Assembly (NCBI GenBank): GCA_041690635.1
Contig: JAWLGZ010000003.1
Location: forward strand, 347,065 to 371,064
From: Gammaproteobacteria bacterium
GTDB taxonomy: Bacteria > Pseudomonadota > Gammaproteobacteria > Thiohalomonadales > Thiohalomonadaceae
DNA length: 24,000 nt
Direction: 5' to 3'
Below are positions 1-8,008 of the stretch, piece after piece. The notes beneath the pieces were generated by a model that saw only the letters and a list, made by a program, of their open reading frames with translations, was not told the origin of the DNA and made no database searches. Position 1 is the first letter of the stretch. Every line of letters begins with the position of its first letter. The translations under genes were made by a program, and so were the position numbers.

Positions 1-237
1 CCGGCGGAAGATCGACGCATTCTCGGCGTCAGGATAGAGATCGAAGTGATTACGGCCGATGTACGCCTCGGGCGGACGGCCACCCGCATCGGCGTAGGCC
101 TGATTCACTCGCACGAAGTTGAAGTCGCGATCGAGATGGGCGAGCAGCACATGGATGTTGTCGAACATCCGCGACAGCAACTCGCCCGTGAAAGGCTGAT
201 CGTTTGCCGCCTCTCTCTGCGGCACCGATTTCGACAT
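1..237 (-). CDS. PAS-domain sensory protein, N-terminal fragment (gene continues past the left edge)
   Basis: Not in the ORF track because there is no stop in the window. Minus-strand ATG at 237-235, with GGGGGAG (complement of 244-250) 6 nt upstream as SD. The frame stays open to nt 1 (79 codons): MSKSVPQREAANDQPFTGELLSRMFDNIHVLLAHLDRDFNFVRVNQAYADAGGRPPEAYIGRNHFDLYPDAENASIFRR. The pattern D..f.f..vN.ay....G....e.iGr...dl.P is typical of the first half of a PAS fold. The output domain is not visible. Confidence 0.55.
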   Translation of the reverse strand, partial: MSKSVPQREAANDQPFTGELLSRMFDNIHVLLAHLDRDFNFVRVNQAYADAGGRPPEAYIGRNHFDLYPDAENASIFRR

Positions 238-425
238 GCCATTCTCCCCCGAATGCGCCGGCCGTTTATTGGGATTCTTGCCGGCATCCGCGCCCGGAAT
301 CTGTCCGATTAAGGAGGCATCCCCGGAGCGGAACGATATCCTTACTTATTTAATGAGTTTCGGCAACTTGTCATAGGGCTTCGGTTTGCAAACTACTCCA
401 TTCACCTTCGGTGCATACGCCGCGA

Positions 426-1493
426 TCAGCGGAAACCAAGCGGGTCATCCGGGTCCACGTCATCCTTGAACGGGCGACGGCGGTCGTGATGGGTAAGCTG
501 ATAGACCATGCCGATCCAGTTGTTGATTACCGCCTCGGCGGTGTCGTGCCATGTGTTGTCGAGGTAGCGTGCGATCAGTTTTTCCGGAAACTCCGGTATC
601 GGTCGACCGGTCGCACGGGCGGCAACAACCCGTTCGCGGTGCTCGTCGAGAATGGCGCCGGCCTGCAGCGGGAAATAGTTTTCCACCAGCGGCGGATAGT
701 CCTCTCGCCGGCCGTCGGCGAACAGGGTCACCTCGCGCTTGTACTCCTTGAGCAGACTGATGGCGTCGTACTCCGGGTGGCCCTGGAAAAAGACCAGGCG
801 GAAACCGTCACTGCTCACCGCCAGGTGGACCCCCGCATCGGTGCTCTCCGCCAGGGTCTTGCAACCGGCGGCGGCGAACTGCTGCGGAAAGACCTCATTG
901 AAACGGGAGTGCGGCACGTCGAAACGCGTGTTCACACCGGCCACCAACGGATGCTTGTGGGCGATTACCCGATTCGAATAGACCCCCCAGCGTTTGAAGC
1001 CGAGCGGCTGGCGCTTCTCGCCGTAACGAAACTGCATCACCGCGTGGGTGGCGAGACAGGAACAGAGCGTGGAGGTGACGTTCTCCCAAGCCCAGTCGAT
1101 CACCTCGATGAGCGGTTCCCAGAACGGCTGTCCGGCCAGCTCGTTACCCTGCACGTTGGCGCCGGTGATGATGAGCGCGTCGAGTCCCTGTTCCCGTATC
1201 TGATCGAAGCTCTCGTACCAGTTATCGACATGTGCCCGCGCCTCCGGGCCGCGCTCCAACTCGCGCAGGGTGAAGGGATGCATGTAGAACTGGGCGATCT
1301 GGTTGCTCTCACCCACCAGCCGGAAGAACTGACGCTCGGTTGCGGCGAGCGCCGCGTCCGGCATCATGTTGAGCAACCCCACGTGCAGCTCACGGATATC
1401 CTGATGGAGGGCAGTGTCGCTGGAGAGGACGGTCTGCCCCTCGCTGCGCAGCCGGTCGAAGGCGGGCAGGCGGGTGTTCGCAACCAGTGGCAT
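426..1493 (-). CDS. metA: Homoserine O-acyltransferase, MetA family (O-succinyl/acetyl specificity not decidable from sequence)
   Basis: 355-aa ORF that aligns by eye with E. coli MetA along its length: GLLNMMP (E. coli LNLMP), ALIITGAN (LIVTGAP), VTSTLCSCLATHA (catalytic-Cys region VTSTLFVCWA), PHSRFNE (PHSRYAD), FFQGHPEYD (FVTGHPEYD). It has about 45 extra C-terminal residues relative to E. coli. Confidence 0.9.
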   Translation of the reverse strand: MPLVANTRLPAFDRLRSEGQTVLSSDTALHQDIRELHVGLLNMMPDAALAATERQFFRLVGESNQIAQFYMHPFTLRELERGPEARAHVDNWYESFDQIREQGLDALIITGANVQGNELAGQPFWEPLIEVIDWAWENVTSTLCSCLATHAVMQFRYGEKRQPLGFKRWGVYSNRVIAHKHPLVAGVNTRFDVPHSRFNEVFPQQFAAAGCKTLAESTDAGVHLAVSSDGFRLVFFQGHPEYDAISLLKEYKREVTLFADGRREDYPPLVENYFPLQAGAILDEHRERVVAARATGRPIPEFPEKLIARYLDNTWHDTAEAVINNWIGMVYQLTHHDRRRPFKDDVDPDDPLGFR

Positions 1494-1513
1494 GGTCGGG
1501 CGGTTACCTCCGA

Positions 1514-2416
1514 TCAGGATTGTCTTTCGACGGCGCGGGCGATGAGATCGATGAAGTCGTGCTCGTTGTTTACGGCTGCGATTTCGTCTGTGGTTACGGT
1601 GTAACCGTGGCGCTCCGCGATCGCCTCGTAGCGCGGGATGCGCGAGTAGAACAGGCGTGGGAAGATCCAGCGCACGAAGTCGTCCGGATCGACGAGCGCC
1701 ACGTATTCGAGGTTGCGTTCGCCCATGTATTCGGCGAGCTGTTCATCGAGAAACGCCTCGCGGTAATAGAGCGGTTTTGGATCCGCTGCGGCACGGCGGA
1801 TCAACGCCGCCTCATCCTCCTTCGACGCCTTGATGTAGAGGATGATGGTGTACTCGTCGAGGACGCGCATCACCTCCGCATCGTCCAGCTCGCAGACCGA
1901 GCCGCCGGCGTCATTCACGAAGTTCCCGTAGCCGTAGATGGTCTGCGCCTTGTGGATGAAATCCGGCACATCCTTGAGTGCAGCGATCTCAGCCTCCCGA
2001 TGCAGGTTCTGCCGGCGCTTGAACTCGGTGAGTGACAGCCCGCCCAGTTCCGGGTCGCCCAGCTTGCCCATGAAGGCGGAGACCGGCTTCAGGTGGTCCA
2101 CCGTGATGTTGTTGCGGATGTAGATGGAGTCGGAACGCAGCAGGTCGCGCAGGAACGGGACCTGCATTGCCTGCTGCTTGATGTTGTCCAGGATCGCCTC
2201 GTCGAGGTAACGGGTGCCGATGCGGTAATCGGCGGAGTAGTGAAACCAGTTCCCGTGACGCAGGATGTTGGACAGGCGCGTCTTGCCCACACCCGACATG
2301 CCGAGCAGGGTCACCCGCTTGCTGTCCCAGGACCGGAACTCCTCTGCACTCAGCTTCACAACCATCTCCATCCGGCGAAGAGCCGCCATTGTAGATCGGG
2401 ATCGACCTGCAACCAC
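1514..2416 (-). CDS. Uncharacterised P-loop NTPase (nucleoside/shikimate-kinase-like), probably co-transcribed with metA
   Basis: 300-codon ORF with Walker A GMSGVGKT near the N-terminus and a later NDAGGS motif resembling the substrate/lid region of small P-loop kinases. Its stop at 1514 lies 20 nt before the metA start (1493) on the same strand. The start is uncertain: GTG 2416, or ATG at 2389, 2371 or 2365. None has a good SD. Confidence 0.75.
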   Translation of the reverse strand: MVAGRSRSTMAALRRMEMVVKLSAEEFRSWDSKRVTLLGMSGVGKTRLSNILRHGNWFHYSADYRIGTRYLDEAILDNIKQQAMQVPFLRDLLRSDSIYIRNNITVDHLKPVSAFMGKLGDPELGGLSLTEFKRRQNLHREAEIAALKDVPDFIHKAQTIYGYGNFVNDAGGSVCELDDAEVMRVLDEYTIILYIKASKEDEAALIRRAAADPKPLYYREAFLDEQLAEYMGERNLEYVALVDPDDFVRWIFPRLFYSRIPRYEAIAERHGYTVTTDEIAAVNNEHDFIDLIARAVERQS

Positions 2417-2562
2417 ACGCCGGATCTCAACAAATTTTCACATCACGCGTGCCCCCGCCCATTGAAGGCGGGAACACCTGCGGGGAGCCTTCGCCTGCGA
2501 CAACACCCATACAGCCGGACAACTTTTCCGCACTTTCCGGGTGGAAACGCGCGGCATGCCGG

Positions 2563-3177
2563 TCACGGTTCCACCACGCGCCAGTTGGCGGTCATGGCGC
2601 CACCGCGCACCTCGCACCCGAGGGCATCCAGCCACTCCGCCACCACCGTGTTGGAGTTGTGCATGAGGTGGTAAGGGTCGGGGTGGGGGGCGAACAGCAG
2701 ATCGGCCGAAGGGCTGAACAGCTTCGGGGCACCGGCCGCGTGGATGCTGTCGAGCCGCTGCCGCAGACGCTCCACCGCTTCCGCTTCGACTTCGATTGCC
2801 CAAAGCTGTTCGATGCCGACCGTCAGAGTACGCTCAACCAGCCTCAGATCGGTCGGCACCGACAGGTCGCTGCGCCCCAGGGCCGCATCAGTCGAAAGGA
2901 ACAGGGCGGCAAAGCCGCTGGCAAAACCGGTCTTCCCCTCGGCATACCAGCGCCAGTCGCCGTAGGCATACCGCACGCTGGCGCCGTTGTCCGGCAGCAC
3001 CAGGCTGGTGTGCCGACCGTGGTCGAGCAGCAAAACAGAGAGCGGCTGGGCGGGGCTCGGCGGCGGTATCACCGTAGTCGCGCAACCACCAAGCAGCAGC
3101 AAGCCGAACAGCAGCGCAAACCGCCGCTGCCGGCGTGGGCCACCCAAACCATCCGTATCCCGGGGTATCGAAAGCAC
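2563..3177 (-). CDS. Lipoprotein of unknown function, DUF2459/TIGR02117-like
   Basis: GTG start at 3177, preceded by GGAAGGAGG 6 nt upstream. Signal peptide with lipobox LLLGGC. Motifs HTSLVLP, YAYGDWRWY and YHLMHNSNTVVAEWLDALG match my recollection of the DUF2459 family pattern (HT.LVLP / Y.FGWGD..FY / Y....N.CNTW....L...G). The family call is from memory and was not searched. Confidence 0.65.
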   Translation of the reverse strand: MLSIPRDTDGLGGPRRQRRFALLFGLLLLGGCATTVIPPPSPAQPLSVLLLDHGRHTSLVLPDNGASVRYAYGDWRWYAEGKTGFASGFAALFLSTDAALGRSDLSVPTDLRLVERTLTVGIEQLWAIEVEAEAVERLRQRLDSIHAAGAPKLFSPSADLLFAPHPDPYHLMHNSNTVVAEWLDALGCEVRGGAMTANWRVVEP

Positions 3178-3249
3178 CTTGCGCCTCCTTCCGGGGCGGT
3201 ACCCGTCCTCTCTCTATCCTAGCCCCCGGTCGCTGACCCCCGGGGCCGT

Positions 3250-4110
3250 TCAGGGAAAGGTGGAGAGCGTCTGCGCGATCTGCGCCGGGGAGAGTCCGTG
3301 GGCCAGTCCCGTGAGGTACCGCCCGTCCGGCCCGAGGACGAACAGGGTGGCGGTGTGGTCCATCGCGTAGTTGTCGGGGTTGCCGTCCGGGTCGGGCACC
3401 TTCTCGTAGCGGACCCGGAAGTGCTCCGCCGCCCGCTGCACCATCGCCTCGGGACCGGTGAGCCCCATCAGGCGCGGGTGGAAAAAGCGCACGTAATCCC
3501 GCAAGACTGCGGGCGTATCCCGCTGCGGGTCGACAGTAATGAAGATGGGCTGGAACCGTTCGGCGGCCGACCCTATCTGTTTTAGCGCTCCGGTCATGGC
3601 GGCCAGGCCCGTGGGACAGACGTCCGGACAGCGGGTATAGCCGAAATAGATAATCTGGTAACGCCCCAGAAAATCACTGGCGGTGACCGTCTGTCCGTCC
3701 TGATTCACCAGCAGGTAACGGGGTGTGATCGAGGGCGAATCCCCCCCATCCACCGTCTCGCCGGCTCCTGTTTCGGGCGTGGATGCCTCACGCTCCAGCG
3801 CCACAACGGCGGCATTCACGCGCTGCGCCAGTTCGGCGGATGCGGGGCAGGGGGTACCGGCGGCGGTGAGTCCGTTCCAGGCACGTTCGGTGGCCTGTTC
3901 AAATGCCAGACCTGCCGCTCGCGTCCTGGGTGCCGAGGCGATGACCGCGGACTTGATGCGGCGAACCTGGTCGTGGGCGCCGCAGTGAAGTGCCAACCCG
4001 TTGAGCTCACCCAAGGCTGCGACCGCCCCCGACTGAGGATCGGACGCCCCCGCGATCAGCGGTAACACGAGCATCGACACCGGCGCGAGCCGTGTCAGCC
4101 ACCGGTTCAT
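3250..4110 (-). CDS. SCO1/SenC-family copper chaperone / thiol:disulfide protein with a roughly 105-aa N-terminal extension
   Basis: The C-terminal 160 aa carry the Sco signature YFGYTRCPDVCP (CxxxC), then DP.RDTP, then AMDHT (conserved His). I place the start at ATG 4110 (MNRWLTRLAPVSMLVLPLIAGA is a signal peptide; GGAG lies 8 nt upstream) rather than at the ORF-track start 4170. Confidence 0.85.
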   Translation of the reverse strand: MNRWLTRLAPVSMLVLPLIAGASDPQSGAVAALGELNGLALHCGAHDQVRRIKSAVIASAPRTRAAGLAFEQATERAWNGLTAAGTPCPASAELAQRVNAAVVALEREASTPETGAGETVDGGDSPSITPRYLLVNQDGQTVTASDFLGRYQIIYFGYTRCPDVCPTGLAAMTGALKQIGSAAERFQPIFITVDPQRDTPAVLRDYVRFFHPRLMGLTGPEAMVQRAAEHFRVRYEKVPDPDGNPDNYAMDHTATLFVLGPDGRYLTGLAHGLSPAQIAQTLSTFP

Positions 4111-4179
4111 GGGTAAATCTCCGGAGAAAGTATCTGCTGCCATAGTCCGCAACCGGCCGCCGCAGCGCACTGATCCAGG

Positions 4180-6384
4180 TCAAGCGGCCCCGGACGGACG
4201 GCCATCGGCGGGGGCTGCGGAGAGCAGCCGGGCCACCGCGGCGCGCAGCAGCGCATCCACCTGGGCCCGGCCGGTGAGGCCGAGCTGTTCGGCGCACTCG
4301 CCCCAGCTCCGCTTCTGGATCACCTTTAGTACCAGCGCGTCCCGTTCGGCGGGCGTCAGCCGCACCTGGCCTGGCGCCGTCAGTCCCGCTAGCGCCAGGC
4401 GCCAGATCGCGCCGGGCGAATCCTCGAACGGCCGGCGTCCGCGGGCGAAGGCGACCAGGTCACCGTGGTCCGCTGCGTCGGGTCCCGAGGCGCCGCCGGC
4501 ACCTAACAACCGCGCCGCCAGGTGCGGCTCCACATCGCGCAGGGGATCGGCGAACTGATGGGGGAGTTCACCAAGAAAGCGCCCGCGGGCGGCCGCCGCC
4601 AACCGCTCCCCCCGCGCCGAGAGGGGGCGCAGGAGCAGCACCGAGCGGGCGGTGCTGGCGGCGCCCGGCCGTGCCCCGAGGCGGACCGGGCGGTAGCCCG
4701 CCCCCTCCCAGAAATCGAGCAGCTCCGGTGTGACACCGAAGCTGGTCCCGAGGTAATCGACCCCCACCTCCTGTGCCGATGCGGCGATGGCCGCCAGCAG
4801 CCGGTGACCGAGACCGCGCCGCTGTACCGCCGGGTGGACCGCGATGCGCATCACCCGCGCCGCCGTCAGGCAGGGTGCCGCCTCCAGCCCCAGGTGGGCG
4901 GCCAGCGTCTCCGGCAGCAAATGGCCGCGCGGACGGCGCTCGCCCATCCAGACCGCGTGCGCCATCGCCGCGTCGAAGCCGCCTTCGCGGGCAATCAGGG
5001 CCGTGGCCGCCACCTGGCCGCGATAACGTGCCACCCAGACGGTGATGTTGGGGCCATCAAGGAGGTGGCGCAGGTCCAGTGGGCTGGTGCGGTAGTGGGC
5101 GCTCACCAACAGGCCGAAGAGCTGGCGCAGCAGCGGTTCGTCTCCGGCCAGGCGATCCCGGTCCAGGGGCTCCAGCCGACACTCATCATCCCCGCTCCCC
5201 GCGTCCACCGCGGCACGGTCGAGACCGGCCAACGCCTCTTCCGGCGCCGGGGCGGCATCCAGCAACAGCGCGCGGAAGAGTAAGCGCTCCAGCGGATCGT
5301 CCGCCGCCCACCGCACCGGTGTCTCCAGTTGCACCGGGCGCCAGCCGGGGGTTATGCGCTCCAACACCCGGCCGAAGCGCAGGGCAAAGCCGCGCCCGGT
5401 GCCCTCGTAGCCGTGGATTGTGGTGGAGAAGGCGATGCGGGCGTAACGGGCCAGGAGCCGTTCCAGGATCGGTGTGGGGATGGCTGCCGCCTCATCCACC
5501 AGCAGCAGGTCCGCCTCACGCGGGTGGCGCAGCAGTTCGTCCGGCGGCACAAAGGTGAGTGAACCGGCGCCCGAGCGGAGGAGGGCGTGCCCCCGTTCCG
5601 GTTCCGGGAGCTGTTCGGCGGCGTGGCGGAATACCGGTTCGACCGCCTCCAGCCGGGGGGCGGTCACCAATATCTGCCTGGGCTGGTGCAACAGCCGCCC
5701 GGCGGCGATCCCGAGCGCCGCCGATTTGCCTCGCCCGCGGTCGGCGGTGAGCACCGCCGGACGGCGACGGTGGCCGGTCGCGACCCGCTCGATCGCCGCC
5801 ACCGCCAACCGCTGATCGGCAGTCCGGAACGGGGGCGATTCGGCGGCGGCGGCGGGCGGGTTCGCCGGCACGGCGGGCGGTTCGGGGAGGGCTGTGCCCT
5901 CCGCAACCACCACCACACCGGGATCGCACGCCGCAATACGGGCCAGCCGGGCGAGGTAGCGCCCACCGACCGCCTCGGGCGGATGGGGATGGACCGTGAT
6001 CCGCCGCCGCTCCGGGTCGGGCCAGCGGGGCCAGTCGGCGAGCGGGGGGGCGATAAGCAGCAGCATGCCCCCGGCCCGCACCGCCCCGGCCGACGCACCC
6101 AGGGCCTCCAGATCGAACCCGGCCCAGGCATCGAATACCAACGCATCCACCTCGCTGCCCAGCACCTGGCGCGCCTGGGCGGGTGCCAGGGTCCGATACC
6201 CGGCAGGCGCCGCGTCACCAATCCAGAGCACCTGGTCCGGGGCGACCGGTTCGATGGCGGCACCGGCGGCGGCCTGCCCCCAGGCGCGCGAGCCGGCCAG
6301 CAGCGCCCCGCACCGGTGGTCGCACACTGCCGCCGCCTGCCGCAGGGCGGTGGTCAGCCGGATGACATCGGAATGGTCAGTCAT
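4180..6384 (-). CDS. tmcA: tRNA(Met) cytidine acetyltransferase TmcA
   Basis: Homology to E. coli TmcA runs from MTDHSDV (ATG 6384) to the stop. It includes Walker A TADRGRGKSAALG, LLLVDEAAAIP, STTIHGYEGTGRGF, AHYRTSPLDLRHLLD, the GNAT region RIAVHPAVQRRGLG, and a C-terminal tRNA-binding tail. This gives 734 aa. The 258 codons upstream in the 992-aa track ORF are not TmcA-like. Confidence 0.9.
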   Translation of the reverse strand: MTDHSDVIRLTTALRQAAAVCDHRCGALLAGSRAWGQAAAGAAIEPVAPDQVLWIGDAAPAGYRTLAPAQARQVLGSEVDALVFDAWAGFDLEALGASAGAVRAGGMLLLIAPPLADWPRWPDPERRRITVHPHPPEAVGGRYLARLARIAACDPGVVVVAEGTALPEPPAVPANPPAAAAESPPFRTADQRLAVAAIERVATGHRRRPAVLTADRGRGKSAALGIAAGRLLHQPRQILVTAPRLEAVEPVFRHAAEQLPEPERGHALLRSGAGSLTFVPPDELLRHPREADLLLVDEAAAIPTPILERLLARYARIAFSTTIHGYEGTGRGFALRFGRVLERITPGWRPVQLETPVRWAADDPLERLLFRALLLDAAPAPEEALAGLDRAAVDAGSGDDECRLEPLDRDRLAGDEPLLRQLFGLLVSAHYRTSPLDLRHLLDGPNITVWVARYRGQVAATALIAREGGFDAAMAHAVWMGERRPRGHLLPETLAAHLGLEAAPCLTAARVMRIAVHPAVQRRGLGHRLLAAIAASAQEVGVDYLGTSFGVTPELLDFWEGAGYRPVRLGARPGAASTARSVLLLRPLSARGERLAAAARGRFLGELPHQFADPLRDVEPHLAARLLGAGGASGPDAADHGDLVAFARGRRPFEDSPGAIWRLALAGLTAPGQVRLTPAERDALVLKVIQKRSWGECAEQLGLTGRAQVDALLRAAVARLLSAAPADGRPSGAA

Positions 6385-6525
6385 GGAAACTCTGTTTGCG
6401 AAGAGGGGCCCGGTGCCTTCGCCGCCCCAATCGTACCCGAATGGGCGCACCGGCGGGGGCGCTCCCGGGGGCTCCGTGCACCGGCTAACCTTGTGTACAC
6501 TGAGTCCACCCATCAAGAAGACTAA

Positions 6526-7224
6526 ATGTCGGCCATGCGTGTCCTTGCCTCGACCTTGCTCCTTTCCCTGCTGCTGGTAACCGCTTCCGCGCGGGCCAGC
6601 ACTCCGCCGCCCGACGAAATGCTCACCGGGCTGACGGCGCAGATGTTCGAGTTGCTGCGCACCGAACGTGAGGCGGTCCGCGAGCAGCCCGCGCGGCTGT
6701 TCACGCTGGTGGACGAGGTACTTTCGCCCCGGGTGGACTTTGAGCGGATGTCCCGCTGGGTGCTTGGCCGCTACTGGCGAACCGCCACCGAGACGCAGCG
6801 GGAACAGTTCGTGGCGGCGTTCCACAACCTGCTGCTGCGCTTCTACGTCAGCGCCCTGCTCAAGAACCCCGAAGAGCTCGACGCCCTGCTGGCCGAAGGG
6901 GAGGGGATCATCACCTTCCAGCCGCTCGGCGAACCGATGACCTCGGAGACGGTCACGGTCCGCGCGCAGGCAAACCTGCCCGACGGCCGCAAGGTGGCGG
7001 TCCACTTCAACCTGCATGCCCGCGACGGCGAGTGGAAGGTGTTCGACCTCAACGTGGAGGGGATCAGCCTCATTACCACCTACCGCAACACCTTCGGCTC
7101 CGAGATCCGCCAGTTGGGGCTGGACCGGGTGATCGAGCGGCTCACGGAGCGTAACCACGAACTGATGCAGTTTGCCGAAAGTCTGAACTCAGAAGCGATC
7201 GCGGCCTCCGCATCGCATGATTGA
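6526..7224 (+). CDS. MlaC/Ttg2D-family periplasmic lipid-binding protein (orphan, not in an mla operon)
   Basis: Signal peptide MSAMRVLASTLLLSLLLVTASARA. The family core VDFERMSRWVLGRYWRTATETQREQFVAAFHNLLLRFY and WKVFDLNVEGISLITTYR match the MlaC pattern. Divergent from tmcA. Confidence 0.8.
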   Translation: MSAMRVLASTLLLSLLLVTASARASTPPPDEMLTGLTAQMFELLRTEREAVREQPARLFTLVDEVLSPRVDFERMSRWVLGRYWRTATETQREQFVAAFHNLLLRFYVSALLKNPEELDALLAEGEGIITFQPLGEPMTSETVTVRAQANLPDGRKVAVHFNLHARDGEWKVFDLNVEGISLITTYRNTFGSEIRQLGLDRVIERLTERNHELMQFAESLNSEAIAASASHD

Positions 7225-7410
7225 AACCCTCCTCGCCAGCACCATCGACCTCTGTCTCGATGCCGCTCCCTGCTGCTGTTCGGCCTGATCGCAACGGGCT
7301 CGTCAGGGTGGTGTCAGCGGCCGGAGAGCTTCTCTCCGCCCGGATGAGCTGGACCAGCGCAATGGTGCTCGCCGCGTTCGCCCTGCGTCCGGTTCGGAGG
7401 TTCGGGCGAT

Positions 7411-7419
7411 CCCCATCTA
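7411..7419 (+). promoter_or_regulatory. Possible sigma32 (heat-shock) -10 element upstream of hslVU
   Basis: CCCCATCTA matches the sigma32 -10 consensus CCCCATNTA and lies 44 nt upstream of the hslV start. The expected -35 (CTTGAA) is poorly matched (GGTTCGGA around 7391-7398). A sigma70-like TAGAAT also occurs at 7428-7433. Confidence 0.3.
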
Positions 7420-7462
7420 CGATCATGTAGAATCGCCGGTTCGGCTTCAGCAGGGTCCTATC

Positions 7463-7999
7463 GTGGAGCAGTTTCGAGGCACAACCATTCTCTCGGTCCG
7501 CCGCGGCGGCAAGGTGGTGATCGGCGGCGACGGCCAGGTCACCCTCGGCAACACGGTGATGAAGGGCAACGCGCGCAAGGTGCGCCGGCTCCACCAGAAC
7601 CGGGTGATCGCAGGGTTCGCCGGCGGCACCGCCGACGCCTTCACCCTGTTCGAGCGGTTCGAGGCCAAGCTGGAGAAGCATCAGGGCAATCTCACCAAGT
7701 CAGCGGTGGAGTTGGCCAAGGACTGGCGCACCGACCGCATGCTGCGCAAACTGGAGGCGCTGCTGACCGTCGCCGACCGCGAGACCTCCCTCATCATCTC
7801 CGGCAACGGCGACGTGATCGAGCCGGAGGAGAGCCTGATGGCGATCGGCTCCGGCGGCGCCTTCGCACAGGCGGCGGCCCGCGCCCTGCTGGAGAATACG
7901 GAACTGGATGCCCGCGCAATCGTGGAAAAAGCCCTCACGATCGCCGCCGATATCTGCATCTATACCAACCGCAACCTGACCATCGAGGAGCTGGAGTAG
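7463..7999 (+). CDS. hslV: ATP-dependent protease subunit HslV
   Basis: GTG start. [43 protein letters not shown]...[17 protein letters not shown]...[17 protein letters not shown] is near-identical in pattern to E. coli and Burkholderia HslV, including the TT active-site threonines. Confidence 0.95.
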   Translation: MEQFRGTTILSVRRGGKVVIGGDGQVTLGNTVMKGNARKVRRLHQNRVIAGFAGGTADAFTLFERFEAKLEKHQGNLTKSAVELAKDWRTDRMLRKLEALLTVADRETSLIISGNGDVIEPEESLMAIGSGGAFAQAAARALLENTELDARAIVEKALTIAADICIYTNRNLTIEELE

Positions 8000-8008
8000 C
8001 CCCTTACC

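Noticed and set aside
46-312. 88-aa plus-strand ORF and 60-aa minus ORF (105..287) at the left edge.
   Set aside because: They overlap the better-supported minus-strand PAS fragment (1..237), which has an SD and a domain-like sequence. The 88-aa translation is featureless.
310-321. Consensus SD-containing 12-mer TAAGGAGGCATC on the + strand, identical to the ubiJ RBS region (10715-10726).
   Set aside because: No ATG, GTG or TTG follows within 30 nt at 310-321, so it is not a functional RBS there. A single shared 12-mer is within chance expectation for a 24-kb window on two strands.
3222-3246. GC-rich hairpin (GCCCC[C]GG ... CCGGGGC) just after the SCO1 stop, considered as an intrinsic terminator.
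   Set aside because: No U-tract follows on the transcribed (minus) strand, and the next gene starts 72 nt later with its own strong SD. Co-transcription is more likely, so it is not reported as a terminator.
6385-7158. N-terminal 258 codons of the 992-aa minus-strand ORF (4180..7158), which would make a giant TmcA.
   Set aside because: TmcA homology begins exactly at MTDHSDV (ATG 6384). The upstream part has no TmcA-like sequence. It lies antisense to the mlaC-like gene, which has its own signal peptide and family motifs. High GC keeps the antisense frame open.
7391-7415. GGTTCGG...GATCCCC resembling a tRNA T-arm, considered as a tRNA or tRNA remnant upstream of hslV.
   Set aside because: There is no GTTCGAATC-type T-loop and no acceptor or anticodon stem pairing in the flanks. 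The CCCCAT part is better explained as a sigma32 -10 element.
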